From NCBI GenBank assembly GCA_947258755.1, contig CAMYJO010000003.1, positions 50,871-114,870 of the forward strand: a stretch of 64,000 bases of DNA, read 5' to 3'. This DNA comes from an uncultured Gammaproteobacteria bacterium (GTDB taxonomy: Bacteria > Pseudomonadota > Gammaproteobacteria > JAADHQ01). The position numbers and the translations under genes are program-made. Below the pieces are notes generated by a model. It ran no database searches. It was not told the DNA's origin and saw nothing but the letters and a program-made list of their open reading frames with translations. Of the stretch, positions 39,183-51,400 are shown piece by piece (the first letter of the stretch is position 1; each line of letters opens with the position of its first letter).

Positions 39183-40607
39183 TTACGACGCTTCAACGTT
39201 GCGATTGAGACCGTATTTACGTAGTTTTTCCACCAGCGTGGTCCTACGCATGTTCAATAATTTGGCGGCATGGGCAACCACACCATCGGCCTCACTGAGG
39301 GCCTGGCGGATTAAGCTGATTTCCATGTTGTTCAGGTGTTCTTTCAGATCGATGCCATCGCGGGGAAGACGCGCATCACTGGAAAGGCCCTCAGGTACGG
39401 CGGCCACCGCCGCGACTGTATCGGCATACACCGGAGCTGTGGCCACACCGTTCTCGGGACGGAATTTTTCCGGCAAATCCTGCACATCGACAAGTCCAAA
39501 AGGAAACAGAATAGCCAGTCGCTCAATCAAATTGGCCAACTCACGCACATTACCCGCCCACTTAAATTGACACAATGCCATGACGGAGGCCGGTGTTAGT
39601 CGAACCGAGCCGCGTTTTTCATGCTCGATCCTGGAAATCAACTCATTGATCAACAGCGGTATATCTTCGATACGTTCACGCAGCGGCGGCATTTCTATCG
39701 GAAATACATTCAGGCGGTAATACAGGTCTTCACGAAACTTGTTAGCCGCAATCTGTTCCTCGAGATTACGGTGTGTGGCAGCGACCACCCTGACGTCTAT
39801 TTTAATACTCTTGGTGCTACCAACCCTTTCAATTACACGTTCCTGCAGTACGCGTAATAATTTCACCTGCATGGTCAGGGGCATATCACCAATTTCATCG
39901 AGAAAAAGTGTGCCGCCTTCTGCCATCTCAAAACGGCCCTGCCTGGCACTGATGGCACCGGTAAAGGCGCCCTTCTCATGGCCGAACAACTCACTTTCCA
40001 GCAGCTCGGCCGGGATAGCGCCACAGTTAATCGGCACAAAAGGCTTATTGCGTCGATTAGAATAATAATGAATGTTTCTGGCCACGACCTCCTTGCCGGT
40101 GCCGGATTCACCCAGAATCAGTACCGTTGCATCGCTTTCCGCCACCTGCTCAACCAGGCGTCTGATTTCCTGGACCTTGCGGCTACTACCGACCAGACTG
40201 CGGAACAACTCCACCGGCCGCTGCGACGCAGATTGTTCCTTGCTTTCCCGGTAAACCTGGGCATTATGCAGGGCACTATTGATATTAGAATGCTTAAACG
40301 GGTATTGAATGATGCCGATAATGCCTGGCTCGTCGCTTTGCGTTTCATCCGATTTGGCCGATATCGTAAATTTGGGCAAGTTACTATCAGCATTGCTAAT
40401 TTGTTCGAGTAGTTCAGTACGCCGTTGTTCTGTTGGCTGTTCACCGAGAATCAAGGCATGAAAGGGACCGGACTGGCTCAACATTTCAGTGGAAAATTCA
40501 TCGGCATTGGTGAGCGTAACGTCGTATTCAATAAAGGTGAGGATTTCCTGTAATTGCTCTCCCCTGGCGGAATCGGCATCGATGATCAGGATTTTATTGT
40601 TCTGCAT
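39183..40607 (-). CDS. fleQ: Flagellar master regulator FleQ/FlrA (sigma54 enhancer-binding protein)
   Basis: It has an FleQ-type N-domain lacking the phospho-Asp pocket. It has an AAA+ domain (GESGTGKE; GAFTGA; R-finger) and an HTH. Confidence 0.9.
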   Translation of the reverse strand: MQNNKILIIDADSARGEQLQEILTFIEYDVTLTNADEFSTEMLSQSGPFHALILGEQPTEQRRTELLEQISNADSNLPKFTISAKSDETQSDEPGIIGIIQYPFKHSNINSALHNAQVYRESKEQSASQRPVELFRSLVGSSRKVQEIRRLVEQVAESDATVLILGESGTGKEVVARNIHYYSNRRNKPFVPINCGAIPAELLESELFGHEKGAFTGAISARQGRFEMAEGGTLFLDEIGDMPLTMQVKLLRVLQERVIERVGSTKSIKIDVRVVAATHRNLEEQIAANKFREDLYYRLNVFPIEMPPLRERIEDIPLLINELISRIEHEKRGSVRLTPASVMALCQFKWAGNVRELANLIERLAILFPFGLVDVQDLPEKFRPENGVATAPVYADTVAAVAAVPEGLSSDARLPRDGIDLKEHLNNMEISLIRQALSEADGVVAHAAKLLNMRRTTLVEKLRKYGLNRNVEAS

Positions 40608-40696
40608 ATTAGTCTCTCACACCCGCTTGCGAAAAATGCTCTTAATTTAGTAACATCTTGTCTTTATTAGTTATTACATGCGTACTTATAGCGCTA

Positions 40697-40725
40697 AGTA
40701 AAACACTACTTTGCAGTTATGTCAA
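40697..40725 (-). promoter_or_regulatory. Possible sigma70 promoter for fleQ (TTGACA-N17-TTTACT)
   Basis: The minus-strand sequence ttgacataactgcaaagtagtgttttact lies about 85 nt upstream of the fleQ ATG. Confidence 0.3.
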
Positions 40726-40888
40726 AATTTTGTCAGCCATAGGGTTGTAATCCGCGAAATTTCTAGGTGAATAGCGTCATCGAGGTATTTTGTAGGTCAG
40801 CGCCAGCAGGAGCGCAGCCGAAAATATGCGCCGAAGTTGACGACAAAATCGCTATCCGGTGTGCTTGCCTACTGGCACCAGCCCTTGA

Positions 40889-41431
40889 TTAGCTGGGTTT
40901 GTTGTTTTTACGACTGGCGGCAACCTGGCGGCGATGATTCAGGAAGATAAATTTTTGCATTAATTCCTGCACAGCGCTATCCACATGACACAGATTGAGC
41001 CGGCATAGACCCTGCTCGACATCACTGACTTCGCCATACAGACTCAATGCCGATACTGAATAGGGGTGCAGATACAACTGCAAAGAGACCAGTTGGCCTT
41101 GCTGTAACTCCTGTGCGGCAGCTGCTTCCCACTGCACACTATCGCTAGTCAATTGCACGCGGTATTGTTGTATGTCCTGCTGGTTCTGCACCATGGATCC
41201 TAACAGGCTCAGCAACAAATCAAGTTTCTTTTCTATTCTTGCTGTATCGCGATGATCACCGACATGCTCATCCATACCCGTGAGGGAGAATTCATCCAGT
41301 AACAAGGCCTGCTTTAAAATTTCAAGATTGTTTTCGCGGGTATGCGAGAGCGTATCATTATCTGGAGGGGTGTCGATCAGCTGCCATTGTAAAGGCAGTC
41401 TGGCTTGATAATTTATATTACTTTCATCCAT
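40889..41431 (-). CDS. Hypothetical protein between fliT-like and fleQ
   Basis: The 180-aa ORF has no recognisable motif that I can assert. It shows a weak PilZ-like resemblance in its C-terminal half. Confidence 0.5.
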   Translation of the reverse strand: MDESNINYQARLPLQWQLIDTPPDNDTLSHTRENNLEILKQALLLDEFSLTGMDEHVGDHRDTARIEKKLDLLLSLLGSMVQNQQDIQQYRVQLTSDSVQWEAAAAQELQQGQLVSLQLYLHPYSVSALSLYGEVSDVEQGLCRLNLCHVDSAVQELMQKFIFLNHRRQVAASRKNNKPS

Positions 41432-41487
41432 CCCTGTTTGTCTTCTTCAAGCATTAGCACGACAGGCTTGCTTGTCGATATTTGCTT

Positions 41488-41808
41488 TTAGGCAAGTTTC
41501 TGATACGCGAACTGTGCTTTTTTTCCACGCTGGATCTGTGCCAGGTTCTGCCCCAGCTTGTTGATATCGGTTTTACCCAGCTGCATGATCTCACGGTCTT
41601 TCTTCATCACTGTTCTGATACCGTCGACAATCCATTCGGCGTCTTCGAGCTGAGGTGCCGTAGAAAAATAATTCTGCATCAGCACTTGGCGGTCGGCCTC
41701 TAAGTCAATAACGGAATTCCATTCACCTGAGTGCGCATGAGACAGCATGGTGTCTGTCATATTTGCTATCTCTTTCCATGCATCCTGTCGGCTTATTGAA
41801 TTGGGCAT
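41488..41808 (-). CDS. FliT/FleP-like flagellar export chaperone (small helical protein downstream of fliS)
   Basis: The 106-aa ORF is predicted to be all-helical. Its position matches P. aeruginosa fleP/fliT. Confidence 0.5.
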   Translation of the reverse strand: MPNSISRQDAWKEIANMTDTMLSHAHSGEWNSVIDLEADRQVLMQNYFSTAPQLEDAEWIVDGIRTVMKKDREIMQLGKTDINKLGQNLAQIQRGKKAQFAYQKLA

Positions 41809-41827
41809 CTTAGTATCTATCTAGTAT

Positions 41828-42253
41828 TTATAACTTATTGGCTTCGGCAGCAATGCCATCCCAACCAGTTTTTATTTCACTCATCAGGCCATGCACTTCA
41901 TCCAGGTACTCAAGGTTATTCTGAACATTGGCTTCGAGTAAACGTCGATTCATATAGTCATACAGGGCATCAAGATTTTCAGCAATCTCACCACCCTTGT
42001 CGAAATCCAGACTGGTTCGTAATCCGTCTATGATCGATATAGCCGAACTGATAAAACGGCCCTTCTCGGTAAACTGGTTACGCTGCATATGCCCTTTGGC
42101 ACTGTTAATACGGTCAAGTGCTCCTTCCATCAGCATTTGCACCAGCCTGTGTGGTGAGGCATCGACGATATTATTTTGTACGCCAACCTGTTTGTATTCG
42201 TTCAATACTGTCTGGATATTACCGTGATTCATTGGGACACCTTTATTTTGCAT
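41828..42253 (-). CDS. fliS: Flagellin export chaperone FliS
   Basis: The 141-aa ORF has the FliS-family signature NRRLLEANVQNN. Confidence 0.9.
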   Translation of the reverse strand: MQNKGVPMNHGNIQTVLNEYKQVGVQNNIVDASPHRLVQMLMEGALDRINSAKGHMQRNQFTEKGRFISSAISIIDGLRTSLDFDKGGEIAENLDALYDYMNRRLLEANVQNNLEYLDEVHGLMSEIKTGWDGIAAEANKL

Positions 42254-42344
42254 GACAACCCTATTAAAGTGATGCTTTTATTAAAATCTACAACTAACAT
42301 TTATATCGACATTCATTTACTTATACTGTAGCTCATCTACGCCA

Positions 42345-43673
42345 TTATTGATTAAGACCCGCTAACTGGCTTAACTGCGACTGTAGAAAGTTACCCGTAC
42401 TAGTTAAAGTGCCTACCAGCGAATCGAGCGCGGTAAACTGTCTGCGTAGACGTTTTTCAACCAAATCAAGCCTGTAACCTTCCCTGTCGATTCGTGTTTC
42501 GGTCAGATCGATAGAACTGTTGATACCATCCTTTCTTGCATCGATCAGACCGTCAACATCCAGAATCGAATCTGCCGCCGCCTTTAGGCGGAAGGCGTAA
42601 CCCTGACTATCATTGGCAAAGATCTCTGCCAGACCATCGTAATCGTTATTAATTGCATTGTTGAGATCTTCCGAGTCCAGGGTCAATTTACCTGTCTTAT
42701 CAAAAGAAACACCGATTTCCACCAGGTATTTATACTGAGTCGTCAAACCTGTCGGTGCAGTATTAAAAACATTACGTAATGAGTTTTCAATGCCCAGCAA
42801 GGCGCTGTCACCTTTTAGCTCACCAGTCCTTAGTCCATTCAGGGTTTCTTTCAGGGCATTATAGGTATCGACGAATTCTTGCACAACCTCGGTAACCGCT
42901 TCGGAGTCACGTTCCAGCTTGAGGTTGACGTTGCCGGTGCTAACTGCATTCAGTTCGAGTGTTACACCGGTAATTGCATCGGAAATCGTGTTGGAACTGC
43001 GCGTAACCGTAAAAGAATTATCGACAATGATTCTCGAATCCAGATCAGCTGCGACATTAATACTGGTTGGATTCAGGTTGGCGACATCGGCTGCAGTACC
43101 CGTTAAGGTAATGGCATTCTCAGTACCGGTGTTTTGCGATGTCAGTACCAGGTAGTTGTTGCTGCTGTTTTCAGAAACAATACTGGCGGTGACACCGACA
43201 TTGTCGGCTGCATCATTGATGGCATCGCGCAAACCGGCAAGGGTTAAAGAGCCGGCGCCGGCTATCGTAAATGATTCTGTGCCAATATCCAGGGTCAGAT
43301 CGCCGCCTCCTACCAAGGCAGTATCTGTATCCGCAAAGGCTTTGGATTTAATCTTGTGTGCTTCGGCCAACCGGTCGACCTGAACATCATAGGTGCCTGT
43401 TGCTGCCAGGCTTGATGCCGTCGCAGTAAAGACATCTTCATCAGCCGAAACACCGCTAAATAATTTGAAATCAGACAGGGAATCCAGCTTACCCATCGCT
43501 GTCTGAAAAGTAGAGACCGCGCTACTCAGGCGGCCGTAGGCACTCAGCTGGCTTTCGTAATCGTTTTTCTTACGTTCCAGACGATTTAGAGGTTGTCGCT
43601 CAAACGCAATAAGCTGGCTGACGATACTTTCAATATCGAGCCCTGAGCCTACACCTGCTGAAGTTATTGCCAT
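42345..43673 (-). CDS. fliD: Flagellar filament cap protein FliD
   Basis: The 442-aa ORF has conserved N- and C-terminal coiled-coil segments. Confidence 0.9.
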   Translation of the reverse strand: MAITSAGVGSGLDIESIVSQLIAFERQPLNRLERKKNDYESQLSAYGRLSSAVSTFQTAMGKLDSLSDFKLFSGVSADEDVFTATASSLAATGTYDVQVDRLAEAHKIKSKAFADTDTALVGGGDLTLDIGTESFTIAGAGSLTLAGLRDAINDAADNVGVTASIVSENSSNNYLVLTSQNTGTENAITLTGTAADVANLNPTSINVAADLDSRIIVDNSFTVTRSSNTISDAITGVTLELNAVSTGNVNLKLERDSEAVTEVVQEFVDTYNALKETLNGLRTGELKGDSALLGIENSLRNVFNTAPTGLTTQYKYLVEIGVSFDKTGKLTLDSEDLNNAINNDYDGLAEIFANDSQGYAFRLKAAADSILDVDGLIDARKDGINSSIDLTETRIDREGYRLDLVEKRLRRQFTALDSLVGTLTSTGNFLQSQLSQLAGLNQ

Positions 43674-43705
43674 AATACTGTATCCGAATATTTTATGAGT
43701 TACAG

Positions 43706-43721
43706 TGCAACTTTAGTGCCA
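43706..43721 (-). promoter_or_regulatory. Sigma54 promoter for fliD-fliS (perfect TGGCAC-N5-TTGCA)
   Basis: The reverse complement of tgcaactttagtgcca is TGGCACTAAAGTTGCA. It lies immediately after the flaG stop. Confidence 0.75.
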
Positions 43722-43722
43722 A

Positions 43723-44145
43723 TCAGACCTTAACTTCCAGTAAAGTACCTTCGAATGACTCTTCAATGGATTGTGCAACTTGTAAAAACACCTCTTCCGG
43801 TATTTGCCGGATGATTTCTTTACTTTCAGAATCAATAACTTTGATAACTGTCCGTCCAGAATCATCGTCAACACTGAACTGCAAATCACGCTGAACTTGC
43901 TGTACATAGCCGTTGATTCTGCTAACGGCATTTTCCAGCGTTTCATCCTTTTGTTCGGCGTTGGCTTTTGCATCTGGCACAGTATTGCCGTTGACGGCAG
44001 CATTTTGCCCTTTTGCAGGGTGTACGGGAGTGTTTTTGGAAGTAGCAGGGATGGTGCTTGTTGCATCAGACACGACCTTCTTCAAAGGTGTATTAGTAGT
44101 AGCAACGACCTGTGCTTCTAAATTTTGACTAGTGACAGTATTCAT
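43723..44145 (-). CDS. flaG: Flagellar protein FlaG
   Basis: The 140-aa ORF has a C-terminus QRDLQFSVDDDSGRTVIKVIDSESKEIIRQIP typical of FlaG. Confidence 0.85.
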   Translation of the reverse strand: MNTVTSQNLEAQVVATTNTPLKKVVSDATSTIPATSKNTPVHPAKGQNAAVNGNTVPDAKANAEQKDETLENAVSRINGYVQQVQRDLQFSVDDDSGRTVIKVIDSESKEIIRQIPEEVFLQVAQSIEESFEGTLLEVKV

Positions 44146-44175
44146 ATATATACCTCAGAGCATATATAAATAGTT

Positions 44176-44218
44176 TCAAAAACTTTATGAGACCAACCCG
44201 GGGAGAATGCCCCGGGTT
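44176..44218 (-). terminator. Rho-independent terminator after fliC (stem AACCCGGGG/CCCCGGGTT, then T-run)
   Basis: The hairpin at 44195-44218 is followed on the minus strand by aaagttttt. Confidence 0.7.
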
Positions 44219-44234
44219 AGTATCGACCATAAAG

Positions 44235-45074
44235 TTACTGTAGCAGTGACAATGCAGCCTGTGGCAAGGTATTAGCCTGAGCCAGGATAGAGATACCAGC
44301 TTGTTGCAATATCTGCGAACGAGTCAGGTTAGCTGTCTCTGCAGCAAAGTCTGCGTCCTGAATACGGCTACGTGCAGCTGTCAGTGATTCATTGAAAGAT
44401 TCAAGGTTAGATATAACTGCCTCGAACCTGTTCTGTACCGCACCAAATGTAGCACGTTGGTTAGTGATTTCCGTGATAGCAGTATCAACACTGGCAATAG
44501 CGGCAGAAGCAGTAGCTGATGTAGTTACATCTACTGTACCTGTTGCAGCCAGATCTCCACTATAACCTGCGATACCTGTAACCGTAGTGGTATTAACAGA
44601 TACACGGTTGGTGTCTGTACCTTCGTAACCGACCTGGAAGGTCAATGTGCTAGTCGCACTCAACAGGGCCTGTCCATTGAACTCGGAAGTCTGGATATTA
44701 CGTGACAATTCCTGTGTCAGCTGATCAACCTCTTTCTGAACCTGTGCACGCTCTGTATCACCGATCGCACCATTCGCTGCCTGTACCGCCAGCTCACGAA
44801 TACGCTGCAGGTTATCAGCAATCTGACCGAGTGATGTTTCAGCAGTCTGACCCAGGGAAATACCATCACCGGCATTTCGGATCGCAACCGCGTTACCACG
44901 GATCTGCTTGGTAAAGCCTTCAGCAATGGCCAGACCGGATGCATCGTCCTTAGCGCTGTTGATACGCAGACCAGATGAAAGACGTTGTAATGAAGTTTGT
45001 AATGAAGACTGGGTCTTGTTCAGGTTCCTGATGGAATTGATTGACGCCAGGTTACTATTGACTACTAATGGCAT
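44235..45074 (-). CDS. fliC: Flagellin FliC (short, about 279 aa; Ser/Thr-rich central segment)
   Basis: The start was chosen at MPLVVNSNLASIN, with a GGAGG RBS. D0/D1 are conserved at the N- and C-termini (LSLLQ end). Confidence 0.9.
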   Translation of the reverse strand: MPLVVNSNLASINSIRNLNKTQSSLQTSLQRLSSGLRINSAKDDASGLAIAEGFTKQIRGNAVAIRNAGDGISLGQTAETSLGQIADNLQRIRELAVQAANGAIGDTERAQVQKEVDQLTQELSRNIQTSEFNGQALLSATSTLTFQVGYEGTDTNRVSVNTTTVTGIAGYSGDLAATGTVDVTTSATASAAIASVDTAITEITNQRATFGAVQNRFEAVISNLESFNESLTAARSRIQDADFAAETANLTRSQILQQAGISILAQANTLPQAALSLLQ

Positions 45075-45192
45075 GATAAGCCTCCAAACTCTCAAGAACC
45101 GACAAACTTAGTTATATATATAGATTGTCAGTCCTGTTTTTCTTAGCGGATATAGTAATCACATTCGTTACTATTCACCGCTCCCACACAGT

Positions 45193-45219
45193 TTAACGGC
45201 CAGGTGGCAATGATCTTTA
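45193..45219 (-). promoter_or_regulatory. Sigma28 promoter for fliC (TAAAGATC-N11-GCCGTTAA)
   Basis: On the minus strand, taaagatcattgccacctggccgttaa matches the sigma28 consensus at 6/8 and 7/8. The resulting leader is about 110 nt. Confidence 0.65.
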
Positions 45220-45419
45220 ATTTTATTTAGAAATAAGTTAAGGATAGATCTACACGCCTGTCAATTTGCATCTAACTGTTTTCCAAGGAAATCTGGGCTA
45301 AACCCTGATCATATCAGTGGAATTGTTCATATTTTTTTTAGGTGACAATCTTATTTGTAAGTAATATTTAACAAAATGACCCGCAGCAGGTCGTTCGTCC
45401 ATGAACGTTTCACTGCGGT

Positions 45420-48400
45420 TTACTTCACAGCAGAACGTGCGTGCGTATGCTGAGAATCCATACCTTTTATATTGAGCGCCCGTGCCCAGGCATCGATGTT
45501 ACTACTGAGCATAAAGTTGTCCCGCACCCATTTTTGTAAAACATCACCCTCTTGATAAGCGGCATCGAGATCATAAATGCGCTCACGAATGGCTTCAATC
45601 CAGGCCTCTTTTTTGTTCTGCACATGTTTGACCGGGGCATTCTGGTAGGGATAGATATCCGTGCATATAACAGGCCAACCAAGTATTCCGTACTCTAACA
45701 GCCTTAAATTACTTTTTGCCTCATTAAAGGGATGTTGTGCCAATGGCGCAATGGCGACATCCAGATCAAGGCTGGCCAGTTTTTCAGCATAACCGGTAAA
45801 CGACAGCACAAACTCATGTTCTTCGGCAATGTCATCCTTTATTTCCTCAGGACACATGCCAAAGAATACCCAATCCACCTCATGTGCCGTTTCCTTGACA
45901 ACATCGATGATAAAGGCAAGGTCATCTGCATGTTGTTGCGCACCCGCCCAGCCAACTCGTGGCTTGTTACTTCTACCTCGTTTCGAAGTCAGTTCCGCCC
46001 AAACATCGTCCTCCAGACAGTTAGGAAGTACCTGGATATCATTGATCATGTTATGGCACAGGTCAGCTAATGGCTCAGTCGATACAATCAGACGATCACA
46101 AAAGCCCAGTGCATTGCGTAAGCGCTTTCTTGGTTCTGATGGAATCGCTTTTCTGAAATTGTTCCCCTCTGGCACGTTGGTGATCAGATCATCCAGGGTA
46201 AACACCTTGAATACATCGAGGTATTTTTTGTATTCTTCCAGAGTTACAAGTGAGTTCTTGGCAATACCTGCATGCGAAATAACGGTATCTGCTCCTGAGC
46301 GGGCCAGCTCCGTTAGTCTTAGTATACGTTGCTCATTAAATCGGTACGCATGTGTGCATTCGGTTTGCGCCAGCCCCGCCTTGGCTATTTGCCTTAGCGG
46401 TCCACGGATTCGATATTCGCCACTACCACCAAACAACGGCATGCCAATAATTTTCTCCCTGTCTTGAAAAACCGGATCCCAATTGATAATTACACCGGTT
46501 TCGACCTGGTAACTATTATTGATTAAACTGAGATGACGATTATAGGCTGGATCATTGGCAATTTCAGACATCCAGGTAGACATCATATACTGACATTCAG
46601 CCCTGAAACCGTCTTCGTGCTGCTTACGTTGCTCATGGGCACGATCTATTTGCGATGCATTTCCATAATGCAATAATGTTGCAAATGGCGTCCACACGAT
46701 ACGATGACCTGTTTCTCTGATTTTAAGACACAGGTCCACATCATTATAGGAAACCTTGAGATTCTCGGCATCCATACCATCAACTGCATCGTAGACCGAT
46801 TTTTTAACCAGCATACATGCGCCAGTGACCGCGGAATAATTCTGATCAACCTGCAGGCGACCCATATAACCGCCTTGCTTAATATCTGCATTACCAAGAT
46901 AGGGATGACCGGCAACGCCGTCCATACCCAAGACGACACCGGCATGCTGAATGTCAGATGTTTCAGGATAGGCCAGGCGCGCGCCGACAACACCTACGTC
47001 TTCACGCATTGCATATGACATCATCCTGTCCAACCAATTATCCTGAATGATTTTGGTATCATTATTCAGGAATAACAGATAATCGCCATTGGCTTCTGCA
47101 GCTGCCATATTGGATATGGCCGCATAATTAAACGCCTCGGGATATTTCAACACGCGTACGTGGTTATCAGGAATATTATGCATATCCTCAAGGTATGCCA
47201 GGCTGTCCACATCTGTTGTCTGATTATCGATAACAAGCACTTCATAATTTTGATATTGCGTGCGCTCCAATAAGGAGTTCAGACAACCGGTGATACAGTC
47301 GAATTTATCTTTAGTTGGTATAATGATGCTGACCAAGGGGCTATGATCATACAGATACTCTACTCTGATAGTATCCTGTAGGTAGCCATCATGAATGTTG
47401 GCCTTGATCTTTTTGGTTTGCAAGAAATCGCTGACCAGTTCTTTCCTGTAATGATGCGTATCCAGTCTGCTCAGCTGTGTCGGTACGTGATACAGGATGT
47501 TATCAATATGCAATATGCTCTTCTCATCATGATGAGCAAGTACTTTCAGGAGCATGTCGTAATGCTCAAGACCAAAACAACGACTGAGCCCGCCAATTTC
47601 CGTCAAAACAGCATTTTTGATCATACAAACCGGACCGATATAATCACTTGACAGCAAATAATCATAATTAAAATCCGGCTTCAACTGAGGGCTCTGATAT
47701 GAGCCATCGGCTTCGATAAGATCGTGATCAAAATAAACAAAGCCGATATTATTGTTAAGATTAATATGATCAACAAATGTATTCAGAAAATGCGCTTCAA
47801 ATTCCATTCCAGGAAGAATGACCGATAGCCAATCGTTATCAGCCATAGCAGTCATCGATGTAAGACTTGCATCCAGATCCTGGTCATTGACGACCTGACA
47901 CCACTCAATACTACCTTTGGAGGTATTCAGCATGCCTGGCCGAGGCAATTCACTGATCACCTTAAGCGTCCAGCCTGTGTAGAATGATAACTCAAGGCTT
48001 GCCATGGTCGCACGCAGCATGTCTTCCTGCCCTGTACTCAGATACATGACAAACGTGACTGCCGGCCTGCTACTCCATGTATACTGCATCCTTTCTGCCA
48101 TTAATTGTGCGTCAATCTCTTCGATCGAATGCCCTTTTTGCCACTGCCTATACTGCTCACGCCGCGAATACAATTCATGAACGCGCTGCAACTCCGATAT
48201 AGATACTGTTTTGTCGCCGGACAGAGAATCGTCCGTGATCCAGTGCAGTGTTGTAAATTTTGTTATACGTTTAAGCTTATATTTCTCACCCACACGTAAC
48301 CAGAATTCCTGATCACCTATGGCCTTGTATGATTCATCGAAATACCCCAACTCGGCATGTAGTGACTTTCTCCACATCGGGTGTGGACCAACCATCGGCC

Positions 48401-51400
48401 TGGACAATAATTCATTGAATTCATACTTGGGCCAAACATAGGTACCGCTGACAGAATTTTCCTCAAAAGTTTCATGCGGAACTGGTGTCAGAAAAGCATT
48501 ACCATAAGCAATAGCAACTTCGAGATCGTCATCCAGTGCACGCATAAGCTGTTCACATGCCTCGCGATGCAGGCGGTCATTGGTACTACAGGATATAATA
48601 TATTTACCAGATGCATTCCTGACAGCGATATTCCAAGCCTCATAGATGCCAATACGTTCAGGTGTACGTATATATTTTATATTGGAATATTGTTTCTGGT
48701 ATTCCTCGACAATTGATTTTTCATTCTCGGGAGAGTTTGCATCGACAATAACAATTTCAATATTGTCCGCAATCGTTTGCGACAACAAGTCATCAAGGCA
48801 TTCACGCATAAATGACTCTGATGCGTAGGTTGATACGATAGCACTAACGACAGTGCCTGAAAGTCTTGTGGCACTACTGCTGCGATCCTGCTGAGCATTA
48901 ATCTTTGCTTCGGTCGCAGACAGCCGACTTGCCTCTTCATGCTGACCACTCTGCTTAAGAATTTCTGCCAGGTTCTTTAAAATGACATCATCATTTGGAT
49001 TGATTCCGTAGCCCATTCTGAGATATTTCACGGCCGTCAACAGATCCTGACACTGCCAAGCTAAGATACCGAGATTATTATAAAATTCACTGTTATAGGG
49101 CCAAGACTCTATCGCCGCTATAAAACATTGATGCGCCTGATCAACTTCACTCGAATAGAAGGCCTGCTCACCCTGCTCATTTAGTTTAGCCGCCTCATTG
49201 TAACTGGCTTCAAACTCATCTATAAAGGCCCTATTGACAAATAGTGCGTCACCATGGACCCCGGTATTCATCATGTCTTCAAAACCAATAAACACAAAGT
49301 CTTCATGCAGGTATTCAACTACATCATCCAGTAAACGTGCACCTTCATACATTTCCACGGTACTGGCTTCAGTATAAATCACCTTGACGTTTGCCAGCAG
49401 TTTCCTGTCAATGCCTGTGAGCACCATATATTCCGCGCCCTGAACATCAATGTATAACATGTCTGGCACTTCAAGATCTGAATGCTCAATGATGTGCTGT
49501 AACGAAACCTGATCGACTTCAATTTCCCCACGCATATCTACGTCAGGAAATATATTCTTATGCTCTTTCATTGGTAACAGAGAACTGGAATATAAATTAT
49601 TACTGATATTAAAAGTCACCTTGCCAACGCGATCGGATACGGCATAAGGAAGCACCTTAACCCTTGAATCATATTGGAAAGCCTGATTCAATTGTTTGTA
49701 CACGTCCGGAATCGGTTCGAATAACGCAATACTTTCCATGTTCTTATACAATGAGAAGAACCATTCACGCTCCTCAAACAGGTGCACGCCGACAAAGAAA
49801 ATATTTTTGATGTTGTCCGCAATATATGCCCTTTCCATATAGGCTTTAAGTGTTTCATTAGCCGCCAGGCTGCGTAAGTTCAGGCCTTCATTACTCTCTT
49901 CCTCCCTATCCTCGACCTTGTCATCTATTTTCTCTATTTGAACAGGCTCATTTGTATCTGCACTTGACGAGGTTATTTCTTTAAACGCATTAGCCACATG
50001 CTCATCATCTGGTTTTGCATCCAGATAAACCTGGCAAATGTTAATGGCATCGGCATGCTCACCCATAGCCATCAGCAGGTTAGTTAAATTAAGCACGGTA
50101 TACTTGTTATATTGATCAAGCGCATAGGCCTTACCGAGATACGCCAATGCCGTACTGGCATCGTCTCCTTCCCAGTAGTAAACAGCGAGGTTATTCAAGG
50201 TGTCGACATTATGTTCAGATATGCTCAGGGCTTCATTCAGCTTTTCCAGCGCGCCCTGCCTGTTTCCGGACTGGTACAGCTCCTCAGCAAACTTATTCAG
50301 TTCTGCCAGCTTGGCTTCGTCACCCGGAAGCGAATGCTTCGACGTTGCTTCGATACTATCATTTGTATCAGCAATAAGCGCCTGATTGTGAAGGCGTGTC
50401 TGACCTTTAATATTTTGCAAGGCCATTTCCATCAACAGACCAGATGCTATTTTCGCCATATTATCCCAGGAAAAATGTGCGGCTCTGCGTAGTCCGGCTA
50501 TCGCCAACTGCTTTCTGTATTCCGGCTTCTGTATGTCCTGTAACGCTGACAGCATCGCTGTGACATCATTGGCTGCTACATAATAGGCCGCATCTCCAGC
50601 CACTTCCGGTATAGAACCAGCCTGACAGGTGATTATAGGACATTCGCAAGACATAGCCTCAAGCAAAGGCATGCCAAATCCTTCATACAAGGACGGATAA
50701 ACCAGGGCCAGAGCCGCGCTATAACAGGCAACCAGATCATTTTCGGGCAATGACAGCACATGAACTCTACTGCCATGCTGACATTCCTTTAATTCTGTCT
50801 CAAGCTCAGAATCCCCGCCAACACAGACAATCTCGAAATCTTCGCTATTTTCGAGTAATTCCATGGCCTTGAAAAATTGTACTGCATTCTTGTAATTTTC
50901 ACGCCTGCCAACCAACATGAAAAATGGCTTTGTTATGCCGTATTTTTGTCGAAAGGCATTACAACGTTCTTCTCCGGAATTTCTAAAATGTTCGCCGACG
51001 CCATTATAAGTAATATATAAAGGCTTATTGTTGACATGTGGAAAATATTTGTACAAATCATCTGCAGTATTATTTGAAACTGACATATATGCAGAGGCAT
51101 ACTCTATGGCTTGATGCTTTTCTTTCCATACGGGAGACGACATATCCCAACCGAAGATTTCTGGTATCATGTCGTGCACCAGCAAGACCGACGGCGTACT
51201 GACTGGGTGAGAATAATAAGTGGAAACGAACACATCGGCTTCCAGCTCATCGCAGATATCCTGCAATAATCGCCTGTCATGTTCACCGCAGCCTGTATAG
51301 GCCGGCGCATCAATATAATTGATCCCACGTATTCTGTCTGCGGTGAATCCACGGTCTATGACGTGTACATATCTTGAAAAGCCACTCTGCAACCAGCTTT

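Noticed and set aside
45096-45140. CTAAGTTT -35-like sequence just upstream of the fliC RBS.
   Set aside because: No GCCGATAA-like -10 sits at the right spacing. The better sigma28 match is at 45193..45219.
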